Source: Vicinamibacterales bacterium
GTDB lineage: Bacteria; Acidobacteriota; Vicinamibacteria; Vicinamibacterales; UBA2999
Assembly: GCA_050747925.1 (NCBI GenBank)
Contig: JBOGIV010000174.1
Location: 1 to 51,529, forward strand
DNA: 51,529 nucleotides
Direction of reading: 5' to 3'
A program made the position numbers and the translations under genes. The notes below the pieces were generated by a model, which saw only the letters and a list, made by a program, of their open reading frames with translations, was not told the origin of the DNA and made no database searches. This document shows positions 10,081 to 17,858 of the stretch, one piece after another (positions within the stretch are counted from its first letter, which is position 1; the number at the start of each line of letters is the position of its first letter).

Positions 10081-10898
10081 GATCGAGGGGACGGCGTCGC
10101 GAGGAAATTGTACATGCCGTCGTCAAGGTGGGCATCGGACACGTTGAAAGGTTCGACACGGTAGTGACCTTCGCCGAGACTCGCCAGCAACTCGGCGTTG
10201 CTCGGCCCAGCTTTGTCGTCTCGCCGATCTTCGAACACAATCGCCCGCACACGCTGGCCCCGCAGAAGTTCAGCCGCCCCGCGGATGACCAGATGCTCTG
10301 CGCCTTCAACATCGATCTTCATGATGGTCGGAGCCAGTTCGGGATGGGCGGCGATCACGTCGTCCGCCCGAACGACGGTGACCTCCGTCTGACCGACCAC
10401 GTCCCCTCGTTCCCCAATCAGCGAAGTCCTCCCCGTATTGGCCGGACCTGTTTGATGGAGCACGGCACGGCCGCCTTCCGCGCCGAGCGCGACGGCCTGC
10501 ACCTCCACGTTTTTCAGGCGATTGATGCGGATGTTACTGGTCAGCGCTTCGACCGAACGTGGATCAGGCTCGAAGGCTACGACATGCCGGCACAATCGCG
10601 CGGCGACCAAGGTGATCGCGCCGACATTTGCGCCAACATCCCAGAACACGTCATCGGGCCGGAGCGTCCTCTTGAGCCATTCGATCAGAGGACGCTCGTA
10701 ATACCCATCGAAGAATATGCGCTGCTGCAGGTAATCGCCGAGCCGCACGCCGATTGTCGCGTCGTCGTCATATCGTACCCAGAGGCGAGGGCGCGCAAAC
10801 CATGACCAATACCGACCGGTTAGATAGTCCTTGAACGGATGGCGCGCGTGCTTCAGATACCAACGCAGGGTTTCGCCGATCCAGATTCGCGGGGTCAT
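10077..10898 (-). CDS. FkbM-family SAM-dependent methyltransferase (second copy)
   Basis: Motifs are VFWDVGANVGAITL, VVAFEPDPRSVEAL and MKIDVEGAEHLVI. There is an ATGA overlap with the upstream stop (10895-10898). Confidence 0.8.
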   Translation of the reverse strand: MTPRIWIGETLRWYLKHARHPFKDYLTGRYWSWFARPRLWVRYDDDATIGVRLGDYLQQRIFFDGYYERPLIEWLKRTLRPDDVFWDVGANVGAITLVAARLCRHVVAFEPDPRSVEALTSNIRINRLKNVEVQAVALGAEGGRAVLHQTGPANTGRTSLIGERGDVVGQTEVTVVRADDVIAAHPELAPTIMKIDVEGAEHLVIRGAAELLRGQRVRAIVFEDRRDDKAGPSNAELLASLGEGHYRVEPFNVSDAHLDDGMYNFLATPSPRS

Positions 10899-12142
10899 CC
10901 GCAGTGCGCAGGATCGGGCTCGGGCTCGACCACACGGACTTTGTAGTCGAAGGCGACGAGGCCACGGATCTCGGGTCGATATCCGACGTTGCCGGCGGTG
11001 AGGCTGGGGGTCACGTCGAGCGTCATCAGTTCGTACGGGAGCTGATGATCATCCCCGGAGCGAATCGACGCGCCAACGACATACTCGCCCTCCACGAGCG
11101 GCAGTGACGAGAGCTCGGCCCTCAATCGCAGGTTTTGCCCCTTCGAGGCCTGGTGGAAACCGGTCCGCGGTCGCAGATCGATCACACTGACGAGGCGACC
11201 AAGATTCGTGTGGAGGAACGCGGCGACTTCGTCGAACCGAACTGCGCGTTCAACCTGAAGCTCGAGTTCAAACGTCACTGGTTCGCCACTCGGCACCGGA
11301 TTCGGTGTAAACCCGAACCGCACGAGGGTGAAGTTCGATCCCAGGGGCATCGGGTGATCCCAGTCGGTTGGTGCGATCTGACGAACCTCAGCCAGGTACT
11401 GGTTGATCTGCTCGGATACAGGGCCGATGCCTTGGACCCGGCCGTGGGCGAGCCGAACAGCTCGCTGACAGAGCACCTGAACGGAGGTGAGGTCGTGGCT
11501 GACGTACAGCACGGTCCGCCCGTTTCGAGCGACGTCGCCCATCTTCCCCAGACACTTCCTCTGAAACGCTGCGTCGCCGACAGCAAGCACCTCGTCCACC
11601 AGCAAGATCGACGGCTCGAGGTGCGCAGCGACGGCAAAGGCCAGGCGCATCTGCATGCCGCTGGAGTAGTGCTTGACCGGCGTGTCGATGAATCGATCGA
11701 TTTCGGCAAAGGCGACGATCTCATCGAACTTTCGCGCGATCTCGCGGCGACCCATCCCAAGGATCGCGCCGTTGATGAACACGTTCTCTCGCCCTGACAA
11801 CTCGGGGTGAAAGCCCGTCCCAACTTCTAGAAGCGAGCTGACTCGACCGCGCACTTCCGCGTGACCTTCGGTGGGTTCAGTGATGCGCGAGAGGATCTTC
11901 AGCAGCGTGCTCTTGCCGGAGCCATTCCGGCCGATGATGCCGACGATCTCACCCTCGGCCACGTCAAAGGAGACGCCCTTGAGCGCCCAGAGCGTTGGAC
12001 GAGGATCCGCGTCGCCAGCAAGCGATCCTAACGGGGTCTGCAGGACCTTCATGACAGAGTCCCGCAGGGACCCATAACGAGCACGAGCCCCGAGAAGGTA
12101 TTGCTTCCCGAGGCCCTCGACCTTAATCGCGGCGATCGGCAT
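10895..12142 (-). CDS. wzt: Polysaccharide/O-antigen ABC exporter ATP-binding protein with C-terminal Wzt_C-like domain
   Basis: Walker A is GRNGSGKSTLLK, the signature is YSSGMQMRLAFA and Walker B is ILLVDEVLAVGD. About 160 additional C-terminal residues are rich in beta-strand character. The ATG at 12140-12142 overlaps the Wzm stop by 1 nt (TGATG). A TTG at 12145 is an alternative start. Confidence 0.85.
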   Translation of the reverse strand: MPIAAIKVEGLGKQYLLGARARYGSLRDSVMKVLQTPLGSLAGDADPRPTLWALKGVSFDVAEGEIVGIIGRNGSGKSTLLKILSRITEPTEGHAEVRGRVSSLLEVGTGFHPELSGRENVFINGAILGMGRREIARKFDEIVAFAEIDRFIDTPVKHYSSGMQMRLAFAVAAHLEPSILLVDEVLAVGDAAFQRKCLGKMGDVARNGRTVLYVSHDLTSVQVLCQRAVRLAHGRVQGIGPVSEQINQYLAEVRQIAPTDWDHPMPLGSNFTLVRFGFTPNPVPSGEPVTFELELQVERAVRFDEVAAFLHTNLGRLVSVIDLRPRTGFHQASKGQNLRLRAELSSLPLVEGEYVVGASIRSGDDHQLPYELMTLDVTPSLTAGNVGYRPEIRGLVAFDYKVRVVEPEPDPAHCG

Positions 12143-12975
12143 CAAACGACGTCAGCGAATGTCCGTTCCATTCTCCGAAAGTAATAGAGGCCACCGGCGA
12201 GCATCACGGCAACGACGATGGCAGAGACTGCGGTCGCAAGAGCCGACGAGGGCGGGGTGCCGAGCAACGCCCATCTGAACCCGTCAACCACACTCACCAT
12301 GGGATTGATCGCGTAGATCGGCCGCCACGCATCCGGGATGATCGCGGTCGAATACGCGACGGGCGTTGCGAACATCCACAACTGAGAGAAGAAAGGCAGG
12401 ACGTAGCGGACGTCCCGGAAGACGACGTTCAGCGCCGAAAGCCAGAGGCCGGCGGCGAGGGCTGTCAGCACGGCGAACATGGTCCACACAGGTAGGGTCA
12501 ACACCGCCCAGCCTGGAACCACGCCGTAGTAGGCGATCATGCCGGCCAGCACGCCAAACCCCACGGCGAAGTCGATCAAGCCCACACCAAGGGCGGCAAT
12601 CGGCATCACCAGGCGAGGAAAATACACTTTGGTGAAGAGGCGCTGATTCGTCACGACGCTGTTACTCGACTCGACGAGGGAAAACGCGAACAGCTGCCAC
12701 GGGATCAGCGCGCAAAACGCAAACACGGGATACGGCAGGCCGTCGGACGGCAGCCGGCCGAGGCGCCCAAAGAAGACGCTGAACACCAACATGGTGAACA
12801 ACGGCTGAACGATCGCCCATGTCACGCCAAGGGCTGTCTGCTTGTACCGCACCTTGATGTCGCGCCACACGAGAAAGTAAAGGAGCTCTCGAAACTCCCA
12901 TACTTCTGCGAGCCGCAGCGACACCCATGGCCCTGAGGGCCGGATGATCGCGACGTGGGTCCCACCAGCGCTCAC
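12142..12975 (-). CDS. wzm: Polysaccharide ABC exporter permease (ABC-2 type)
   Basis: Track ORF is 12142..13239. The conserved ABC-2 start REL..FLVWRDIKVRYKQTALGVTWAIVQP only begins after the upstream stop. The GTG at 12973-12975 forms a GTGA overlap with that stop. Confidence 0.8.
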   Translation of the reverse strand: MSAGGTHVAIIRPSGPWVSLRLAEVWEFRELLYFLVWRDIKVRYKQTALGVTWAIVQPLFTMLVFSVFFGRLGRLPSDGLPYPVFAFCALIPWQLFAFSLVESSNSVVTNQRLFTKVYFPRLVMPIAALGVGLIDFAVGFGVLAGMIAYYGVVPGWAVLTLPVWTMFAVLTALAAGLWLSALNVVFRDVRYVLPFFSQLWMFATPVAYSTAIIPDAWRPIYAINPMVSVVDGFRWALLGTPPSSALATAVSAIVVAVMLAGGLYYFRRMERTFADVV

Positions 12976-15158
12976 GACTGCTGCGCTGAGGTGTGGTACG
13001 CCGCGTACTCCTTCCGATGGTAAGGCGCGTAGTAGTACGAATGACGCTGGAGATCGACACCGTTCAGAACGGCGCCGATGACGCGCCCGCGCGCCGTCAC
13101 GAGTTGAGAAATCGCCGTGGCCGCTGCCGTTCTCGCAGTCATTTCCGATCCAATCACGAACAGCACGCCACCGGCTTGATGCGCGAGCACGGCAGCGTCG
13201 GTGACCGCCATGACTGGAGGCGCATCGATGATGACCCAATCGAAGCGCTCCGCCAGGCCCTTCAGAAGCGCGTCGCAGCGCTTCGACCCCAGCAGTTCGG
13301 CGGGGTTCGGCGGAATATGGCCGGCCGGCATGAACGACAGATGCGGAATCGTGGTCTGTCGAATCGCCGTCCCCAAATCACCGTCGGACACCAGCACGTT
13401 GGACAAGCCGGGTTCCTGGGCGTACTCGAAGACGTCGTGCATGCGAGGACGACGCATGTCGGCGTCGATCACCAATGTTCTCTGACCGGCCTGGGCCAGC
13501 GCGACGGCAAGATTGCTGGCCACGATCGTCTTGCCTTCGTGGGGCGAGGTGCTGGTCACGAGCACCGATCGCGACTTCTCGTCAGGTGACGAGAAAATCA
13601 CCGACGTCCGGATGGCGCGGATCGCCTCCGAAAACGCCGGCGGCGTGCCCAGGCTCAGCAACTGCGCGGCTGATTTGTCGCGAATTGAAGGCACCATCCC
13701 CAGGAACGGCACCTTCAGGTGCATCTTGATCTCATCAGGCAATTTGATTCGGTTGTCCAGCCGTTCGAGCCCAAACACCAAGGCGACCGCGACGACGCAT
13801 CCGATCAGAAACGCGGAGAACAGATCTCTCGACGTCTGCGGAAGAATCGGGCTTCGCGGGACCTCTGCGCGATCGATCATCTGAATGTTGGTGCTCTTGA
13901 ACCCTCCGGAGACTGTCGACTCCTTCGTTCGCTGCAGAAGATTCTCGTACAGTTGTCGATTGCTGACGGCTTCGCGCTCGAGCACTCCGTACTCGATGCC
14001 CCGTCGATTGCTCGCCAACGCTTCCCCCTTCTGAGCGTCGAGCGCATCCGAGAGGCTCTTTTCACGGGCCTGAGCGGTCACGAAATCGCCGCGCACCGAT
14101 TCCACGATCTGATCGATTTCGGTCTGGAGTTTGGCCTCGGCGGTCCGAAGTTGAGTGGTGGCGTTGACCATCTCCGGATGGCGTTCGCCGTAGCGCGCGG
14201 CCAGAAGCGCCTGTTGCTTTTGCAGGGTGGCGATCTCGGTCTTCAACTGCTGGACGTAGGGGTTCGCCAGAATGGCTGGGAACGCGTCCAGCGCCTGCTG
14301 ATCCTGCTTGAGCATGGTCAGGCGGTTGTATTCGGCTTCACGGTCGATGCGGTCGGTCTTCGCCTTGGTCACCGCCGCATTCAGATCGGCCAGCCGCTGG
14401 ACAACGATGTCCCGCTTGTCTTCGGTCGTAATCGAGCTGTGTGTCTCGCGGTACCGCTGCAGCGCGCTCTCCGTCTCTTCGACCTTCTTGCGCTGATCCT
14501 CGAGCTGCTTGCCCAGCCAGTCGTTCGCTTCTTGCGACGCCGCGAGCCGCAGCTCGATGCTCTGCTTGATGTACTCCGCGGCCAGCACGTTGACGGCCCG
14601 CGCCGCGAACTCCGGATCGGACGATCGGTACGCGAGGTTGACGACGCGCGTGTTCCGGACGGGTACGACTGAGAGGCCGCCAAGGAACCCACCAATCGCG
14701 GTGGACTCGGCTGTCGTCTCGTTCGCCGGCGGTGGCTCGATCCGCGGCGGCGCGCCGACGACCGACTTGATGAATCGAGACACCGACGCGCGGGCATCGT
14801 GGTAAACGGCCGCGATGCCGGTTCGCTCGACGCTCGGGACCGGCGTGGCCGGTTGAATGCCAATCGCGCGCACGGCACGCTTGGCCAGAGCGCGACTCTG
14901 CAGAATGCGGAGCTCCGTCGGCAGGAAGTCGAATTCCTGATAGTCCCGCTGTTCCAGCGCGGTATCCAGCGAGGTGACCTTTCGCGCCTGCTGCTCGATG
15001 AGCAGCGGCGCTGATGCCTCGTACACCGGCGTCGTGCGCAGCGAGTTGATCGCACCGGTGAGGAACACCACGAGCAACGCGGTGAGTGCTGTCCATCGAC
15101 GCTTGTAGAAGACCCGGAGGTAGTCGGTAAGGTGCTGTTCGTGGTGTGTATGGCTCAT
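12972..15158 (-). CDS. Polysaccharide co-polymerase / tyrosine autokinase (PCP-2a, Wzc/GumC-like)
   Basis: The start is taken at MSHTHHEQHL (cat at 15156-15158). The protein has an N-terminal TM, a long coiled-coil periplasmic region and a second TM. The kinase domain carries Walker A SPHEGKT and VIDADMRRP. The C-terminal tail is Tyr-rich (HSYYYAPYHRKEYAAYH). Confidence 0.85.
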   Translation of the reverse strand: MSHTHHEQHLTDYLRVFYKRRWTALTALLVVFLTGAINSLRTTPVYEASAPLLIEQQARKVTSLDTALEQRDYQEFDFLPTELRILQSRALAKRAVRAIGIQPATPVPSVERTGIAAVYHDARASVSRFIKSVVGAPPRIEPPPANETTAESTAIGGFLGGLSVVPVRNTRVVNLAYRSSDPEFAARAVNVLAAEYIKQSIELRLAASQEANDWLGKQLEDQRKKVEETESALQRYRETHSSITTEDKRDIVVQRLADLNAAVTKAKTDRIDREAEYNRLTMLKQDQQALDAFPAILANPYVQQLKTEIATLQKQQALLAARYGERHPEMVNATTQLRTAEAKLQTEIDQIVESVRGDFVTAQAREKSLSDALDAQKGEALASNRRGIEYGVLEREAVSNRQLYENLLQRTKESTVSGGFKSTNIQMIDRAEVPRSPILPQTSRDLFSAFLIGCVVAVALVFGLERLDNRIKLPDEIKMHLKVPFLGMVPSIRDKSAAQLLSLGTPPAFSEAIRAIRTSVIFSSPDEKSRSVLVTSTSPHEGKTIVASNLAVALAQAGQRTLVIDADMRRPRMHDVFEYAQEPGLSNVLVSDGDLGTAIRQTTIPHLSFMPAGHIPPNPAELLGSKRCDALLKGLAERFDWVIIDAPPVMAVTDAAVLAHQAGGVLFVIGSEMTARTAAATAISQLVTARGRVIGAVLNGVDLQRHSYYYAPYHRKEYAAYHTSAQQS

Positions 15159-15198
15159 GATCGACGTTTCGGGGGGTGGCTGAGGGGAGCCTCCGGGC

Positions 15199-16035
15199 CT
15201 AGAAGAATCTGTCCGGAACAACAATGGTGTCGCCGGGCTTGACGAGATCGGTCAGCTTCAGCTTGAGCTCTTTCTTTTTGCCGTTCACATCGCGGATGAC
15301 CTTGCTGCGTCCGGCGGCGCCCTTGTCGGTCACCCCGCCAGCGAGCGAGAGAGCCTGAAGCAGCGTCATGCCCGACTCGACGGGATAGGCACCGGGGTTT
15401 CGGACCTGCCCGCTGATGTAGATCAACTGCGCCCGCGGCACGAACACGGTGTCGCCGTCGCGCAGGGTGATGTTGCTCCGGGTGAGGCCGCCTGACTGGA
15501 GATCGCTGAGATTGATCCGAATGACTTCAGCATCCGCTTTGTCGCTCGGCAGAATCGGGCCGCTGCTCTCGTTGTCACGCGCCGGTCGAATCACGAGGAC
15601 TTGGGGCGCCGCCGTGGTCGCGGTAGAACCAGCTCGTGCCAGGGCCTCGATGAGGGAGAGCTCGCCGGCAAACTGATACGGGCCCGGCGCTCGGACTTCT
15701 CCCATCACAAACACGCGCTGGCTGGCGTCCTGTTCGATCTGGACGGTCACCTGCGGATTCTTGATGTAGCCGTTCGCCAACATCTTGGTCAGCCCGAGCT
15801 CGATCTCTCGAGCCCGCAGGTCGCCCGCCTTGAAGCGTCCTACCAGTGGGAACTCGAAGGTCCCATCCATGTCGACGATGTACTTGCCGGTCAACGTCGG
15901 TTCGTTGAAGACCGTGATCGTGAGCTGATCTCGCGGTGACACGACCCGGTCGCTTTGCGCGGCGAAAACTGAAGCCGGGAGCCACGTCATCCCGATCAGG
16001 GTCAGAACCGTCAGACGAACACAGCTAAGCGCCAT
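15199..16035 (-). CDS. Short outer-membrane polysaccharide export (OPX) protein, Poly_export + SLBB
   Basis: The signal peptide ends at VFAAQS. The Poly_export motif is LTITVFNEPTLTGKYIVDMDGTFEFPLVGRFKAGDL. An SLBB-like stretch RDGDTVFVP follows. At 278 aa it has no long C-terminal helix of the E. coli Wza type. Confidence 0.8.
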   Translation of the reverse strand: MALSCVRLTVLTLIGMTWLPASVFAAQSDRVVSPRDQLTITVFNEPTLTGKYIVDMDGTFEFPLVGRFKAGDLRAREIELGLTKMLANGYIKNPQVTVQIEQDASQRVFVMGEVRAPGPYQFAGELSLIEALARAGSTATTAAPQVLVIRPARDNESSGPILPSDKADAEVIRINLSDLQSGGLTRSNITLRDGDTVFVPRAQLIYISGQVRNPGAYPVESGMTLLQALSLAGGVTDKGAAGRSKVIRDVNGKKKELKLKLTDLVKPGDTIVVPDRFF

Positions 16036-17272
16036 ACGTAATCTTCACTCCTGCGCGCCAGCCTTCATAGCTCAGCGCTTTCACGGGCGATCGCCGGACC
16101 GCGTGCGCCACCTCGACGCCGATGCGCGCGGTGTCTCCAACATGGAACCCAAAGCCCCCGCGCAGCGACTCCACATGCTCGGTTCGACCACTGGGGACGC
16201 TGGTAGCAGGCGCACTGAACGTGCGGTAGGCCAGCCTGTCTCGATCGGCACCGACTTGGATGTCCCAGCCGTGCCCGAGCATCTGTGTGATCAAGACGCC
16301 GCCACCCGTCCCAACGTAGTACGGGCTGTCGGTCTCGGCTGAGAACTCGAGGTTCCGTCGGCCACTGATGCCAAAGCGCGTCCGATCGAAGAGGGTGTAC
16401 GACGCGGCGATGTCGGCAACGAGGCCGCGATAATCGGGGACGCTCGCGCTCAGAGCATTGAAGCGGCGGTAGCCCACCATGACCTTGCCGGCGATCAAGG
16501 CGGAGGGCTTGGTTTCAAAACCGCCATGCAAAGTCAGACTCTCAGCGTCACGAAGGGGCGAGGACTGAAACCGTTCACGAACGTTGACGCCCGTCAAGAC
16601 GAGGGTCGTGATCGGAGTCAGAGCGACGCGCGCGTTCGTGCGGACGGTCTGGCTCGTGCGGTTCAACTGCTGACTCAGGCTCGCGCCCCGGAAGAGCTGA
16701 TCCTCGAAATCCTCCCGGCTCTCTTCCGCTTCGAGCTGGATGACGAATCGCGGGGAGAACCGCAGGTCGGCGCCGACGCCGAGCCCTTGAGCCAACTGCG
16801 CGACGGTGGCTTCGATCTCGAGATTGGGTCGAGCCCGCTGCCGTCCGTAGCGGCCGAACACGCGCGGCTGAACGCGATTGCCAGCCAGGGTGAGCTCCGC
16901 CTGGTTGAGCACGTCAATCGATCGCTGCGACTTTGTCTTCTCCCAGTACTGAAAGCTGACCGTGCTGGTGCCGGACAGTCGCAGTCGCCGAATCGGGAGC
17001 AGATATCTGGTGCCTGGTGTGGCTCGAAAAGTGAAATCCCGGACCGGATCCTCTGCGGACAGCGTGGCGTTGGTATCGACGCCGAGGTTCTGGATCACGA
17101 GGGTTGGCGTGAGGCCCAGCGGGCCGATCTGGAACCGATAGTCGGCCGCGGTTCCGCCGGCGCGCTCGGGCACCTCAGCCCCCTCCATCGCCTGAGCCGC
17201 GGCCAAAGTCGGCGCTAACGCCAGCATCACCCACGAGAGGGCTAGACAACGTCGCACGGTGTCGAAATGCAA
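16025..17272 (-). CDS. Outer-membrane beta-barrel protein partnered with the OPX gene
   Basis: The signal peptide is RRCLALSWVMLALAPTLAAAQA. Alternating hydrophobic beta-strand patterns run throughout and the C-terminus is VKITYGA. Start is TTG at 17272 or GTG at 17257. The stop overlaps the OPX start by 11 nt. Confidence 0.6.
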   Translation of the reverse strand: MHFDTVRRCLALSWVMLALAPTLAAAQAMEGAEVPERAGGTAADYRFQIGPLGLTPTLVIQNLGVDTNATLSAEDPVRDFTFRATPGTRYLLPIRRLRLSGTSTVSFQYWEKTKSQRSIDVLNQAELTLAGNRVQPRVFGRYGRQRARPNLEIEATVAQLAQGLGVGADLRFSPRFVIQLEAEESREDFEDQLFRGASLSQQLNRTSQTVRTNARVALTPITTLVLTGVNVRERFQSSPLRDAESLTLHGGFETKPSALIAGKVMVGYRRFNALSASVPDYRGLVADIAASYTLFDRTRFGISGRRNLEFSAETDSPYYVGTGGGVLITQMLGHGWDIQVGADRDRLAYRTFSAPATSVPSGRTEHVESLRGGFGFHVGDTARIGVEVAHAVRRSPVKALSYEGWRAGVKITYGA

Positions 17273-17288
17273 AAAGGCGGAAGGAGAA

Positions 17289-17314
17289 GGACTCCGAACC
17301 GAGGTTCGGAGTCC
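17289..17314 (-). terminator. Stem-loop between the small secreted ORF and the barrel gene (attenuator/partial terminator candidate)
   Basis: ggactccgaacc (17289-17300) is the exact reverse complement of ggttcggagtcc (17303-17314). On the minus strand it is followed by a pyrimidine-rich run ending CCUUUUU, just before the barrel start codon. Confidence 0.3.
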
Positions 17315-17344
17315 ACTACGAGTCGCGCGGGTTATGCGCCGACG

Positions 17345-17785
17345 TTACTGACCGTTGCTCTGCGTCGCGACGCCGAGAGTCGCCGCCAAGCCTGCAGCGA
17401 GCGGGGTGAGCCACATCGCCGCCGGCGCCTTGCCACAGGAGATGTTGATGTTGCTTTTCGGGTTCTTAAAGGGGCCCTCGGTGCACTCCACGTCGCCCTG
17501 CGCGTTGTTGATGAGCTCGATGAGATAGTCACCGGGGAAGATCAAGCCGGTGATCGCGAAGCGTCCATCGGGACCAAGCGGCACGGTATTGCCCGAGCCT
17601 CCCGACACTAAACGCGCGCGCACCGAGTAGTTGCTATACGGCGGATCGGCTTCCCGTGTGGCCCGTCCGGCAAGTGATCCAGTGTTCTGATCAGCGGCCC
17701 GCAGATTATCCGCATGCGTCGGCACGCTCGTCATGATCAGCGTCGCACCAAGCGACAGAGCGAGGAGACGTTTCACCCGAATCAT
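17345..17785 (-). CDS. Small secreted protein with beta-sandwich-like core and C-terminal hydrophobic tail
   Basis: ATG at 17783-17785. The signal peptide is MIRVKRLLALSLGATLIMTSVPTHA. The core GPDGRFAITGLIFPGDYLIELIN resembles CarboxypepD_reg-type motifs. The C-terminus is a Cys pair followed by AAMWLTPLAAGLAATLGVATQSNGQ. Confidence 0.6.
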   Translation of the reverse strand: MIRVKRLLALSLGATLIMTSVPTHADNLRAADQNTGSLAGRATREADPPYSNYSVRARLVSGGSGNTVPLGPDGRFAITGLIFPGDYLIELINNAQGDVECTEGPFKNPKSNINISCGKAPAAMWLTPLAAGLAATLGVATQSNGQ

Positions 17786-17858
17786 AGAACCTACTCTCTA
17801 AGCAGGGTTGTCGACCTCACTGGGGGAACGACAGAATAGCGAGTGGACTCGCACACTG

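Noticed and set aside
17345-17785. Classification of the small secreted protein as PEP-CTERM.
   Set aside because: There is no PEP tripeptide before the hydrophobic tail and no terminal Arg cluster. No exosortase gene is in the window. It is kept only as a generic candidate for a C-terminal tag.
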